From an uncultured delta proteobacterium (GTDB lineage: Bacteria > Desulfobacterota > Binatia > UBA9968), in assembly GCA_963771465.1 (NCBI GenBank), contig CAVYTU010000012.1, positions 206,642 through 270,641 of the forward strand: a stretch of DNA of 64,000 bases, given 5' to 3'. Positions within the stretch are counted from its first letter, which is position 1; each line of letters starts with the position of its first letter. A program made the translations under genes and the position numbers. Shown piece after piece: positions 63,977 to 64,000 of this stretch. The notes beneath the pieces are model-generated. The model saw nothing but the letters and a program-made list of their open reading frames with translations. It did no database searches and had not been told where the DNA came from.

Positions 63977-64000
63977 GTTGGGTTGCGCATCGGTAGGTTG

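Noticed and set aside
58691-64000. Genomic island integrated at tRNA-Asn
   Set aside because: No integrase and no repeat of the tRNA 3' end within the window.

Overview
A GC-rich bacterial chromosome segment with no prophage, integrase, CRISPR or rRNA. The gene content (many orphan NMT1/THI5-type and Tyr-type ABC binding proteins, a bicupin, a Rieske oxygenase, an LLM and a molybdopterin hydroxylase) suggests a Binatota/Deltaproteobacteria-like organism; this is inference. Housekeeping blocks are proB-proA-nadD-rsfS-gpmI, sahR-like-metH, purM-purN, degP-tatA, typA, htpX and tRNA-Asn, interleaved with accessory patches at about 13-23 kb, 41.7-44.8 kb and 58.8-64 kb. The most notable unexplained signal is a pair of homologous ~180-215 nt structured non-coding elements (25450-25659 and 33903-34118). 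Each is a ~35-bp closing stem with a 3x3 internal loop plus an inner hairpin with compensatory changes, and each abuts a different mgtE magnesium-channel paralog. I do not recognise it as M-box or another known riboswitch, so it is a candidate new Mg2+-linked regulatory RNA. Other signals: a REP-like palindrome pair flanking an orphan binding-protein gene, a SahR-like operator inside a consensus promoter, a transglutaminase-ABC operon, and two genes broken by single-base lesions.
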